This document shows, in pieces, positions 42,548 to 51,498 of a stretch of 64,000 nt of DNA; the stretch's first letter is position 1; each line of letters begins with the position of its first letter. Made by a program: the position numbers and the translations under genes. Source of the stretch: Candidatus Omnitrophota bacterium (lineage in GTDB: Bacteria > Omnitrophota > Gorgyraeia > Gygaellales > Profunditerraquicolaceae); NCBI GenBank assembly GCA_026387315.1, contig JAPLLY010000049.1, positions 11,883-75,882 of the forward strand, written 5' to 3'. The notes under the pieces were generated by a model. That model had not been told where the DNA came from, ran no database searches, and was given only the letters and a program-made list of their open reading frames with translations.

Positions 42548-44650
42548 GTGAAAATACTTCAGATATTACCTGAGTTGAATGTCGGGGGAGTAGAGACCGG
42601 TACACTGGATCTTTCCAAGCATTTGGTACGCCTGGGGCATAAATCGGTAGTGGTTTCTGCCGGCGGAGCTTTGGTTGAAGAGCTAAAGACAGACGGCGCT
42701 AAACATTACACCTTGGCGGTAAATAAAAAATCCATTATTTCAATGTTTAAATTAATTCCGATGTTGGTTGAAATAATTAATAAGGAAGAGATTGACATCG
42801 TGCATGCCCGCTCAAGGGTGCCGGCCTGGATTGCTTATTTTGCCTGCCGCCGCAGTCGGGCAATATTTGTCACTACCTGTCATGGCTATTATAAAAAACA
42901 TTTTTTTAGCGTAGTTATGGGTTGGGCAAAAAGAGTGATTGTCTTAAGCAATGTGATTGCCAGGCATATGATCGAAGATTTTTCCCTGCCCCATGAACGC
43001 ATTAAGCTTGTGCCGCGCAGCGTAGACCTGGGAAAATTTAAATACTTGGATCCTAAAACCAAAAGAAAAGAGGATTTTAATGTCGGAATTATCGGCAGGA
43101 TTACTCCTTTAAAGGGGCACTTGCATTTTATCAAAGCGATGGCGCGTATTTACAGGTTGGTTCCCCGTTTAAAGATTTGGATTGTCGGAGATGCCCCAGT
43201 TTCTAAGGAAGCGTATAAGGAGGAACTGCAGATTTTAGTGCGTAGGCTTGGGCTATGGCATTGCACGGAGTTTCTGGGTACGCAGCGGGATATTCCCGGA
43301 ATATTGGAACATCTGGATTTAGTGGTTTTAGCTACGACTACTCAGGAAGCCTTCGGCAGGGTAGTGATTGAGGCGCAAGCTGCGGGTGTTCCGGTGGTAG
43401 CGACTAAAGTCGGAGGGGTGATTGATATTATCGAGGATGGCAAAAATGGCCTTTTAGTGCCTCCGGCGGATGCTAAAAGTATGGCCGAGGCCGTTATGCG
43501 TATTTTTAAGGATACGCAATTTGCCAGGGAGTTAGCAGAAAATGCTTATATTAAAGTTAAAGAAAAATATAATGTGGAGTTGATGGTTAAGAATACTTTA
43601 GATGTTTATCGGGAAGCCTTAAATAATTTTAAGATCCTGGTGATTAAACTTAGCTCTTTAGGGGATGTGATTCTTTCTACGGCCTCACTCAGGGCAATCC
43701 GGGAAAAATTTCCGTCAGGGGCCCAAGGTAATTACAAAATAAGTTTTCTTGTTGGTGAGGAGTCTAAAGATATCCTCTTGAGAAGCCCGTATATTGATGA
43801 GTTGCTGGTTTGCGATTTAAAAAATAAAGATAAGGGCCTGGCGGGTTTATGGGGAGTTGGCCGTATTTTAAGGAAAAAGAATTTTGACCTGGTTATTGAC
43901 CTGCAGAACAGCCGCGCCAGCCATATCTTAGCCGCCTTGAGCGGTTGTATTCATCGTTATGGTTATAATAATAAGAAATTTTCTTTCCTGCTTAATCATG
44001 CTATCTGTGACCAGAAATCGCCAGTTGACCCGGTGACTCACCAATTTAGAGTCTTAAAGATGTTGGGAATTGACCTGTTAAATAATGCCTTGGAGCTTTG
44101 GCCCTCTAGTGAAGATGAAAAAGCGGTGGATGAGCTCCTGAATGCCCAGTGGCTAAGCCAGGCGCAGAAGGTGGTGGGAATTAATATTAGCGCGTCTAAA
44201 AGGTGGAGCACTAAGTTTTGGCCGTTGGAATATTTGATTTGCCTCTGCGAAGAACTGGGATTAAAAGATATTCGCGTAATTATCACCGGAACGCAAGAGG
44301 ATCAAGCGCTGGCGGGCAGGTTGATTAATTCCTTAAAAAATACCAAGGTTATCAATGCCTGCGGTAAAACTAGTATTAACGAATTAGCCGTGTTAATTAA
44401 AAAATGCCAGGTTTTTATTTCCGCGGATTCTTCGCCTTTGCACATTGCTTCCGCGGTTGGCACTCCGTTTATTGCTTTATTCGGCCCGACTGACGCGCGC
44501 CGGCATTTGCCGCCCGGAAAAGATTATATTGTGCTTAATAAAGAGTTGCAGTGTAGCCCTTGTTATAAAACTAAATGCCGCACTAAGCGCTGCATGGCGC
44601 AGATTAGCCCCGCGGAAGTGTTTGAGGCGGTAATGAAGTTACTTAAGTGA
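42548..44650 (+). CDS. GT4 glycosyltransferase fused to a GT9 (heptosyltransferase-family) domain
   Basis: N-terminal half: GGVETGTLDL, EAFGRVVIEAQAAGVPVVATKVGG (GT4 EX7E region). C-terminal half: KLSSLGDVILST, GINISASKRWSTKFWP, DSSPLHIASAVGTP (GT9). Confidence 0.85.
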   Translation: MKILQILPELNVGGVETGTLDLSKHLVRLGHKSVVVSAGGALVEELKTDGAKHYTLAVNKKSIISMFKLIPMLVEIINKEEIDIVHARSRVPAWIAYFACRRSRAIFVTTCHGYYKKHFFSVVMGWAKRVIVLSNVIARHMIEDFSLPHERIKLVPRSVDLGKFKYLDPKTKRKEDFNVGIIGRITPLKGHLHFIKAMARIYRLVPRLKIWIVGDAPVSKEAYKEELQILVRRLGLWHCTEFLGTQRDIPGILEHLDLVVLATTTQEAFGRVVIEAQAAGVPVVATKVGGVIDIIEDGKNGLLVPPADAKSMAEAVMRIFKDTQFARELAENAYIKVKEKYNVELMVKNTLDVYREALNNFKILVIKLSSLGDVILSTASLRAIREKFPSGAQGNYKISFLVGEESKDILLRSPYIDELLVCDLKNKDKGLAGLWGVGRILRKKNFDLVIDLQNSRASHILAALSGCIHRYGYNNKKFSFLLNHAICDQKSPVDPVTHQFRVLKMLGIDLLNNALELWPSSEDEKAVDELLNAQWLSQAQKVVGINISASKRWSTKFWPLEYLICLCEELGLKDIRVIITGTQEDQALAGRLINSLKNTKVINACGKTSINELAVLIKKCQVFISADSSPLHIASAVGTPFIALFGPTDARRHLPPGKDYIVLNKELQCSPCYKTKCRTKRCMAQISPAEVFEAVMKLLK

Positions 44651-44685
44651 GCAAGTAAAATGAGGTAATGCGCTAGTGAACGGGG

Positions 44686-44747
44686 AAAACAGGGGACGGT
44701 TCTCTTAAAAAAAGAGAACCGTCCCCGCGATTTAAGAAAGAAGGCGC
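44686..44747 (+). repeat. 62-nt unit, copy 2
   Basis: Nucleotide-identical to 42483-42544 by direct comparison. Confidence 0.85.
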
Positions 44748-44755
44748 AAAAGGGG

Positions 44756-44833
44756 TGAGCCCCGCACCTTCTTATTATTCAAGCATTAAAGGCTTATGGT
44801 TTAAATGAATTAATAATAGGAAGGTGCGGGGTG
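44756..44833 (+). repeat. family-A element ending on the GT4 GTG start
   Basis: Arms at 44760-44772 and 44818-44831. Flanking TGAG at 44756 and 44832. Confidence 0.8.
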
Positions 44834-45931
44834 AGGGTACTTTTTATCGCTAATCATCTTAATGTGGGAGGCATATCCAGCTATCTGTTGACTTTAGCCG
44901 GCGGATTAAAACAAAAAGGCCATCAGGTTTATCTGGTTTCCGGAGGCGGAGAATTAGAGGATAAATTTATCCAGGCAGGGGTAACGCTTTTGAAGGCGCC
45001 CCTGAAAACCAAGAATGAGATTAGCCCCAAGATTATTTTTAGTTTTTGGAAATTAAGAAAAGCAGCCCGAAAATTTAATATCGATTTAATTCATTCGCAT
45101 AGCCGTACGACGCAAGTCTTGGGGGATTTATTGAGCCGTTCTTTAGCTAAGCCGCATATATTTAGCTGCCATGGTTTTTTTAAGCCAAGATTATCACGCC
45201 GGTTATTTCCTTGTTGGGGGCAAAAAGTAATCGCGGTCAGCCAGCAGGTCAAGGAGCATCTCATTTGTGATTTTAAACTTGATGCGCAAAAGATCAGTGT
45301 AATCCATAACGGCATAGATACTAAAAATTTTGGAGATTTTTCGTCCAGGGATAATACGCGCGCGGAGTTAGGTGTGCCGGCTGATTTTTTAGTGGGTATT
45401 ATTGCCCGTTTATCCGAGGTTAAAGGCCACATTTATCTTATCCAGGCAATGCTGGAAGTTATAAAAAATTTTCCCAACGCTAAGTTGTTGATTGTTGGCC
45501 AGGGTAAAACCAGGGGAGCGTTGATTAAAGAAACCCAAGATTTAGGGTTAGAGAGTAGTATCATATTTATTCCGGAAACCAAAAATACTAAACACCTTCT
45601 GGCGGCCATGGATATTTTTGTTATGCCTTCATTACAGGAGGGTTTAGGGTTAGCTTTGATGGAGGCCATGGCCCAGGGAGTGGCTGTAGTGGGTTGCGCC
45701 GTAGGCGGAATCAAGACCCTGATTCAGGATAAAGTGAATGGTTTATTAGCCGCTCCGGCTGACGCGCCGGCTCTGGCGCGGGCAATTATTACTTTGCTTG
45801 GTGATTCCGGGCTGCGCCGAGCTTTAGGCGCCCGGGCTCGTGAATTTATCATGGCTAATTTTTCTCAAGAAGAAATGGTGGATAAAACGGAAAAAGTTTA
45901 TCAGCAGTCTCTAAAGACACCCGGCGCTTAG
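44831..45931 (+). CDS. GT4-family glycosyltransferase
   Basis: GGISSYLLTLA, EGLGLALMEAMAQGVAVVGCAVGG. Confidence 0.85.
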   Translation: MRVLFIANHLNVGGISSYLLTLAGGLKQKGHQVYLVSGGGELEDKFIQAGVTLLKAPLKTKNEISPKIIFSFWKLRKAARKFNIDLIHSHSRTTQVLGDLLSRSLAKPHIFSCHGFFKPRLSRRLFPCWGQKVIAVSQQVKEHLICDFKLDAQKISVIHNGIDTKNFGDFSSRDNTRAELGVPADFLVGIIARLSEVKGHIYLIQAMLEVIKNFPNAKLLIVGQGKTRGALIKETQDLGLESSIIFIPETKNTKHLLAAMDIFVMPSLQEGLGLALMEAMAQGVAVVGCAVGGIKTLIQDKVNGLLAAPADAPALARAIITLLGDSGLRRALGARAREFIMANFSQEEMVDKTEKVYQQSLKTPGA

Positions 45932-45964
45932 CGGATTTGCGCCGGTGTTGTCTAGGTAGACAAG
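45916..45964 (+). repeat. family-C module
   Basis: ACACCCGGCGC-TTAGCGGATTT-GCGCCGGTGT with the GT4 TAG (45929-45931) in the loop, then TTGTCTAGGTAGACAA. Confidence 0.75.
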
Positions 45965-45969
45965 CACAA

Positions 45970-47007
45970 ATGAGCGAAAAACCAGAAGCCAAACGCGTCC
46001 TTATTTTTAACGTTAACTGGTTAGGGGATGTTTTATTTTCTAGCGCTGCCATTAGGAATATCCGTAGAAATTATCCGGATAGTTATATTGCCTGCGTAAT
46101 TCCCAGCCGCTGTTATCCCATATTAAAAGGCAATCCGCATTTAGACGAGGTGATCATTTTTGACGAGCAGGATAGGCATAAGGGGGTGCTGGAGAAACTT
46201 AACTTTGTCAGCCTATTGAAGAAAAAAGAATTTGATCTGGTTTTCTTATTGCATCGATCGTTTAGCCGCACGCTGATCTGCCGTTTAGCCGGAATTAAGC
46301 AGAGGATTGGCCACTATACTAAGAAGCGCGCGTTTCTTTTGACTAAAAAAATAGTTCCTCCTAAAAAAGATTCTCTGCACCGCATAGATTATTATCTGGA
46401 TGTGATTGAAAAAGCGGGCTTGCGCGTTGAAGACCGCTATTTAGATTTCTTTTTTAGCCCTGGCGATGAGGAACATGTCGATAAATTTTTCAAGAAAAAT
46501 TCAATTAAACAGGATGATTTTGTGGTGGCGATAAATCCCGGAGGCAATTGGATACCTAAGCGCTGGCCGCTGGATTATTGGGCGCGCTTAGCGGATAGAT
46601 TAATTAGTGAAATTGGCGCCAAAGTAATTGTCACCGGCAGTATCTCGGATTTACTGTTGGCCAGTCAAATTAAAGATGCGATGAGGCAGCCGCCTTTAAT
46701 TGCTTGCGGGGTTTTTAACCTAAAACAGTTAGGGGCATTAGCTAAGAAAGCTGAGTTATTTATTACCGCCGATACCGGGCCTTTGCATATTGCCAATGCC
46801 GTAGGAGCTAAAAAAATAATCGCGATTTTCGGCCCGACAGCTCCCAGTGTCACCGGGCCGTATCCGTCTACCAATGTCGTTATTTTGCAAAAAGATGTTG
46901 GCTGCCGGATACCTTGCTACAAAGTGAATTGTTCGGATAATCGTTGTATGCGGGAAGTTACTCCGGATGATGTTTTAACAGAGGCTAAGAAGGTTCTAAA
47001 TAGATGA
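45970..47007 (+). CDS. GT9-family LPS heptosyltransferase
   Basis: VNWLGDVLFSSAAI, INPGGNWIPKRWP, TADTGPLHIANAVG. The start is taken at ATG 45970; the track start 45937 lies inside the repeat. Confidence 0.85.
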   Translation: MSEKPEAKRVLIFNVNWLGDVLFSSAAIRNIRRNYPDSYIACVIPSRCYPILKGNPHLDEVIIFDEQDRHKGVLEKLNFVSLLKKKEFDLVFLLHRSFSRTLICRLAGIKQRIGHYTKKRAFLLTKKIVPPKKDSLHRIDYYLDVIEKAGLRVEDRYLDFFFSPGDEEHVDKFFKKNSIKQDDFVVAINPGGNWIPKRWPLDYWARLADRLISEIGAKVIVTGSISDLLLASQIKDAMRQPPLIACGVFNLKQLGALAKKAELFITADTGPLHIANAVGAKKIIAIFGPTAPSVTGPYPSTNVVILQKDVGCRIPCYKVNCSDNRCMREVTPDDVLTEAKKVLNR

Positions 47008-49094
47008 AGATCCTTTTGGTTACCTTGAGTAATATTGGAGACTGTATTTTAACTCTGCCAGTTTTAGACCGCTTACGTGAAAAATACCCACAAGCTAAGA
47101 TTACCTGCCTGGTGCCTGCTCGGCCTAAAGAAATATTTATAAATAATCCTGCCGTGGATTCGGTAATTATCTTTGATAAACACGCTAGATTAAAAGAGAA
47201 GATTAAATTATTCTTTTCTTTAAGCCAAGAAGGGTTTGATCGGGTTGTCGATTTGCGCAATAGTTTTTTTGGCGCTTTTTTGCCGGCCAAGAAAAGGAGC
47301 GCGCCTTTACGCTTGATTCCTAAGCGGATTAAACATATGAAGGATAGGCATCTGTTCCGGGCCAATCTTTCGAGCGCTTCTTTTAAACCTAAGGGGTTTT
47401 CTTCATTAATTGCCGCGGTTTCTGATCAGCAATTTATTAATGGGATATTAAGTGAAAATAAAATTAATCGCGATAAATTAATTGTAATCTCTCCTGGGGC
47501 AAGAAGCCAAACTAAACGCTGGGATCAGCAGAATTTTAGCCAGCTTTGTGAAATACTTATTCAGCAGGGTTGGCAGGTTGTTTTAGCCGGGGATACAGCA
47601 GATCAGCCCATTTGCGGTTATATCCAAGAAGATTGCGGCGGCAAGACCTTAGACCTTAGCGGCAAAACTACTATTGGACAACTGGCGGTTTTACTTAAAG
47701 AAGCGCGGCTTTTAATTACTAATGATAGCGCGGTCATGCATCTAGCTAGTTATTTAGATGTGCCGGTGGTTGCCATATTCGGGCCTACTGATGAAAAAAA
47801 ATATGGGCCCTGGTCGCAAAATTGCGCCGTAGTCAAGAAAGATATTTTCTGCCGGCCTTGTGAACAAGCCCAGTGCCGTTTTGGCACGTTGGCATGTTTG
47901 ACTTGTATAAACCCAGAAGATGTTTTTAACCAGGTTAAACTTTTGTTGTGTCATTGCGAGGAGGCCCGCCAACGGCGGGGCGACGAAGCAATCTCGATAG
48001 CTAAGAATAAAGGGGACGGTTCTGTCTTTCAGAGTATAGAGCATGAAAAAAGAACCGTCCCCGGGATTTTATATCGCAGGATTCTTATCGCGCGTACTGA
48101 CCGCTTAGGGGATGTGCTTTTATCTACGCCGGTGATTAAGGCTTTGAGGCAGAAATTTCCTCAAGCCTATATTTCAATGCTGGTTTCTCCTTACACCAAA
48201 GATGTGCTGGATGGCAATCCGGCTTTAGATGAAATAATAACTTTTGATAAAGATGTAAAAAATAAAGGTTGGCTGGCCGGGCTTAAGTTCGCTATGGGTT
48301 TACGGAAAAAGAAATTTGATTTGGCGATAGTTTTACATCCGGTTACCCGCGTACATTTACTAATTTTTCTAGCCGGGATACCTAAACGTTTGGGATATGA
48401 CCGTAAATTTGGATTCCTGTTTACCCATAGAATTAAACATACTAAACAATGTGGGCAAAAACATGAATCAGAGTTTGCTTTGGATTTAATAAGGTATTTG
48501 GGGATAGAGCCAGTTGATAAAACTTTATTTATGCCGGTAAAACAAGAATCTGAAAAATGGGTGAAGGTTTTATTTAGCCAGGCTGGAATCAAGGATAGCG
48601 ATAAGCTATTAATAATTCATCCGACGGCAAGCTGTCCTTCCAGGATTTGGCCGGCAGAGAGGTTTGCGGAAGTCGCAGACAGGCTTGCCCAGAAATATGG
48701 TTTTAAGGTATGTATTGTCTCTGGGCTGAAAGATACTCAAAAGGTACAGGAAGTTATCAAAAATATGCGCGTCCAGGCGTTGAACTTGGCTGGAAAGACT
48801 TCGATTAGCCAGTTAGCCAGCTTATTAAAAAGAAGCCAGTTATTTATTTCTACGGACTCCGGGCCGATGCATATGGCATCAGCCTTAGGTGTACCGGTGA
48901 TTACGATTTTTGGGCGCAACCAAGCCGGGCTTAGCCCGCGGCGCTGGGGCCCCTTAGGAGCAAAGAACAGGGTTTTGCATAAAACCGTAGGCTGTATTAT
49001 CTGCCTGGCGCACAACTGCCAGAAAGATTTCGCTTGCCTTAAAGCCACGACTGTTAAGGATGTGCTTGGAGCCGCGGAGGAGATTTTAAAATAA
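47004..49094 (+). CDS. tandem GT9-GT9 heptosyltransferase-family fusion protein
   Basis: Two complete GT9 units (aa 1-310 and 355-696; LSNIGDCILTLP / TDRLGDVLLSTP; NDSAVMHLASYL / TDSGPMHMASAL). They are joined by a linker encoded by family-D and family-B repeats. Confidence 0.7.
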   Translation: MKILLVTLSNIGDCILTLPVLDRLREKYPQAKITCLVPARPKEIFINNPAVDSVIIFDKHARLKEKIKLFFSLSQEGFDRVVDLRNSFFGAFLPAKKRSAPLRLIPKRIKHMKDRHLFRANLSSASFKPKGFSSLIAAVSDQQFINGILSENKINRDKLIVISPGARSQTKRWDQQNFSQLCEILIQQGWQVVLAGDTADQPICGYIQEDCGGKTLDLSGKTTIGQLAVLLKEARLLITNDSAVMHLASYLDVPVVAIFGPTDEKKYGPWSQNCAVVKKDIFCRPCEQAQCRFGTLACLTCINPEDVFNQVKLLLCHCEEARQRRGDEAISIAKNKGDGSVFQSIEHEKRTVPGILYRRILIARTDRLGDVLLSTPVIKALRQKFPQAYISMLVSPYTKDVLDGNPALDEIITFDKDVKNKGWLAGLKFAMGLRKKKFDLAIVLHPVTRVHLLIFLAGIPKRLGYDRKFGFLFTHRIKHTKQCGQKHESEFALDLIRYLGIEPVDKTLFMPVKQESEKWVKVLFSQAGIKDSDKLLIIHPTASCPSRIWPAERFAEVADRLAQKYGFKVCIVSGLKDTQKVQEVIKNMRVQALNLAGKTSISQLASLLKRSQLFISTDSGPMHMASALGVPVITIFGRNQAGLSPRRWGPLGAKNRVLHKTVGCIICLAHNCQKDFACLKATTVKDVLGAAEEILK
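47950..48062 (+). repeat. family-D (47950-47995) and family-B (48012-48062) elements read in frame inside the GT9-GT9 ORF
   Basis: GTCATTGCGAGGAGGCCCGCCAACGGCGGGGCGACGAAGCAATCTC, then GGGGACGGTTCT-27 nt-AGAACCGTCCCC. Translated as CHCEEARQRRGDEAIS...KGDGSVFQSIEHEKRTVPG. Confidence 0.8.
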
Positions 49095-49095
49095 A

Positions 49096-49151
49096 GGGGA
49101 CGGTGATTGGGCAACCAACGATTGGGCAACCACGAGGGTTGCCCCTACGTT
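49096..49151 (+). repeat. degenerate family-B half plus a second REP type (GGGCAACC-ACGA-GGGTTGCCC)
   Basis: GATTGGGCAACCA appears twice. The 28-mer GGGCAACCACGAGGGTTGCCCCTACGTT (49124-49151) recurs identically at 49485-49512, inside the next gene. Confidence 0.75.
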
Positions 49152-49159
49152 AAAGGATT

Positions 49160-49747
49160 ATGCGTGAAGGTTCTGACAGTAGGAATCGCAGATCGATTCG
49201 TTTGGCGGATTATGATTATTCGCGGGCAGGGTATTATTTTGTAACGGTATGCGTAAATGAACGTCGGAATTTATTTGGTGATATTGATGGCGGGAAAATA
49301 ATGTTAAATGGTGTGGGTATAATGGTTGAAGACAACTGGAATAAATTGCAACAACGGTTTAAATTTATTGAATTGGATGAATTTATCGTAATGCCGAATC
49401 ATTTACATGGTGTGATCGTAATTGTAGGGGCGCCCCTTGTGGGCGCCCAAAATGGTGATGTCGTTACAGATGATGGTGATGATGGGGCAACCACGAGGGT
49501 TGCCCCTACGTTGGGAGATGTCATCGGCGCGTTTAAATCAATTACCACAAATGAATATATTCGAAATGTCAAAAATAAAAATTGGTTATCGTTTAATAAA
49601 TATTTCTGGCAGCGCAATTATTATGAACGCGTTATCCGCGATGATAACGATTTAAATCGAATCCGTGAATATATCGTTAATAATCCGGCAAAATGGGAAG
49701 AAGATGAATATTATGTGGATAATTATGGGCTGGATGCTAGCGGATAA
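49160..49747 (+). CDS. IS200/Y1-transposase-like (RAYT-family) protein with an internal REP-encoded insert
   Basis: YYFVTVCV, MPNHLHGVIVI, WQRNYYERVIRD. The insert ...DDGDDGATTRVAPT is encoded by the REP 28-mer. Confidence 0.8.
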   Translation: MREGSDSRNRRSIRLADYDYSRAGYYFVTVCVNERRNLFGDIDGGKIMLNGVGIMVEDNWNKLQQRFKFIELDEFIVMPNHLHGVIVIVGAPLVGAQNGDVVTDDGDDGATTRVAPTLGDVIGAFKSITTNEYIRNVKNKNWLSFNKYFWQRNYYERVIRDDNDLNRIREYIVNNPAKWEEDEYYVDNYGLDASG

Positions 49748-49824
49748 AGGGGGTGGTTCTATTTTTAGAAAAATTTATGTTAGATTTAATTACTTCTTGC
49801 GTCTGTTATAGTAGGTGGTGACAA

Positions 49825-50338
49825 ATGAAGATTATTATTCCGGATGAAGTAATTGAGCGTAAGATTTTTTTGATACGCGGACATAAAGTCATGTTGAGTA
49901 ATCATCTTGCTCAACTTTATGGAATTACGACTAGCGCATTGACGCAATCAGTTAGGCGTAATATTGAAAGATTCCCAGAAGATTTTATGTTTTTATTAAG
50001 CCGGGAAGAAATTATGAACTTGTCACAAATTGTGATAAGTTCTAAACTAAAACACTCCCAATGTTTACGCTTTTACCGAACAAGGGGTGGCGATGCTCTC
50101 AAGCGTTCTACGCAGCAAAAAGGCCATACATGTGAATATCGCCATTATGAGGGCATTTGTGAAACTACGTAGGATTTTATCTTCGCATAAAGAGTTAACG
50201 CATAAATTAGAAGAGTTGGAACGGAGAATTGGAAAGCACGACGAGGCAATACAGGATATTTTTGAAGCGATCCGTCAATTAATGGAGCCGTCTAGCTTAA
50301 AAGAGAGGGTAGTGGAAGGTTTTCGTGCTGCAATTTAA
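49825..50338 (+). pseudogene. ORF6N/ORF6C gene disrupted by a frameshift (paralog of 6520-7023)
   Basis: Frame 1 reads ...RGHKVMLSNHLAQLYGITTSALTQSVRRNIERFPEDFMF...KLKHS. After the CCC run 50057-50059 the homologous sequence NVYAFTEQGVAMLSSVL...IMRAF continues in another frame to 50338. Confidence 0.7.
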
Positions 50339-50375
50339 TAGATTACAAGAATATTGTAATATAAAAAAATGGGAC

Positions 50376-50441
50376 CTATTGTTTCTGGACCGTGATCTTG
50401 CAGAGCTTTATGGAGTAGAAACAAAATATCTTAATCGGCAG
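50376..50441 (+). pseudogene. third ORF6N fragment (22 codons)
   Basis: LLFLDRDLAELYGVETKYLNRQ matches the ORF6N N-terminal motif. It is bracketed by AAAAAAATGGGACC direct repeats (50363-50376 and 50443-50456). Confidence 0.4.
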
Positions 50442-50523
50442 GAAAAAAATGGGACCGTTTCTATTTTCATATGGTTGCTCTTGGTAAATAAACTGCCAAA
50501 GTTGCCATAGGAATGAAAAAATT

Positions 50524-51270
50524 GTGATTCCAGCATACGACCTTAACAAAATTAAATTTGCCACCGATGAGGCGACATTTCAGCGCGCGGTGGGTTTATA
50601 TGAAAACGGTAAAGTGACAGAAGTTGAGGAGTGGGGCGGGAATTATACCGCGGCTGTCTTGGGAACAAGGCCCTATCGGGTTTCAGTATCGGCCCGTAAT
50701 TATAAACACGGAAGCTGTACTTGTTATCTTGGTGAAAAAGATACGCTTTGCAAACATATCGTGGCCTTATCACTTTATGCTGTTATGGATGGCCGCCCCT
50801 TAAGCGATAGAGACAAGGAACTTGATTTTCAAGTCGAGTGCAGTAAAGAGCAGAGAGCGATAAAAGAAGAAGAGTTAACTGTGGTTAAAAAATCCGTCAC
50901 TGAAGCCTTACGGTATATTAAACCATACAGCGGGCCGTCGCGCACCTGGTTTGCGAATCAGGATTCCTTGCGTGAAGGATGCAATAGGTTATCGGTGATT
51001 GTTTCTGATTTACCGGTTGATAAGCCAGCGGCGGAAGTTTTGGTAAAACTACTTTTGCGGCTGGATAAGAAATTACGCGTTGGCGGCGTAGACGACTCAA
51101 ACGGTATTGTTGGCGGGTTTATGAGCGAGGTAGTCCGGGTGCTTGAGGAGTCCGCGCAAGTTGACCCCAAATGCATTGAAGCGTTTAAGGCGCTTATTGG
51201 TATAGGGATTACCTGCTTTGGCTGGGAAGAACCGCTTATTCGTATTTTGGATGAAAAGCTCGAAAAATAG
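50524..51270 (+). CDS. SWIM zinc-finger protein
   Basis: CTCYLGEKDTLCKHIVAL is the CxCxnCxH SWIM signature. Confidence 0.7.
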   Translation: MIPAYDLNKIKFATDEATFQRAVGLYENGKVTEVEEWGGNYTAAVLGTRPYRVSVSARNYKHGSCTCYLGEKDTLCKHIVALSLYAVMDGRPLSDRDKELDFQVECSKEQRAIKEEELTVVKKSVTEALRYIKPYSGPSRTWFANQDSLREGCNRLSVIVSDLPVDKPAAEVLVKLLLRLDKKLRVGGVDDSNGIVGGFMSEVVRVLEESAQVDPKCIEAFKALIGIGITCFGWEEPLIRILDEKLEK

Positions 51271-51318
51271 AAACGGTCCCATTGTTTGCTGAGTCGATTT
51301 TGAAGACTAGAAAATAAA

Positions 51319-51368
51319 GGGGACGGTTCTGTTTTTTTTATTATAATAAAAAAAACAGAACCGTCCCC
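51319..51368. terminator. family-B hairpin with a long A/T extension
   Basis: GGGGACGGTTCTGTTTTTTTT-ATTATAAT-AAAAAAAACAGAACCGTCCCC. Confidence 0.6.
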
Positions 51369-51433
51369 AAGTTTTTAAGGGATTAGGGATGGGAAATATT
51401 TCTGTTTGATTTAACACTGAATTGTGTTAAAAT

Positions 51434-51491
51434 CATTAAGCCTTTGGCATTAAACATCAATGGCTTAATGTCCTGAGCGAAGCGAAGGATC
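51434..51491 (+). repeat. 9-bp hairpin followed by a family-D fragment
   Basis: CATTAAGCC-19 nt-GGCTTAATG (51434-51470), then GTCCTGAGCGAAGCGAAGGATC (51470-51491). Confidence 0.5.
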
Positions 51492-51498
51492 TACCTCT

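Noticed and set aside
47949-48075. Treating 47004-49094 as two separately translated genes
   Set aside because: There is no in-frame stop in the linker and no plausible in-frame start with an SD for the second unit. It is kept as one ORF but flagged, since a read-level error cannot be excluded.
50325-50510. 61-aa ORF 50325-50510 as a gene
   Set aside because: Only 22 codons resemble ORF6N. The rest translates repeat debris (a family-B-like half at 50451). It is treated as a remnant.
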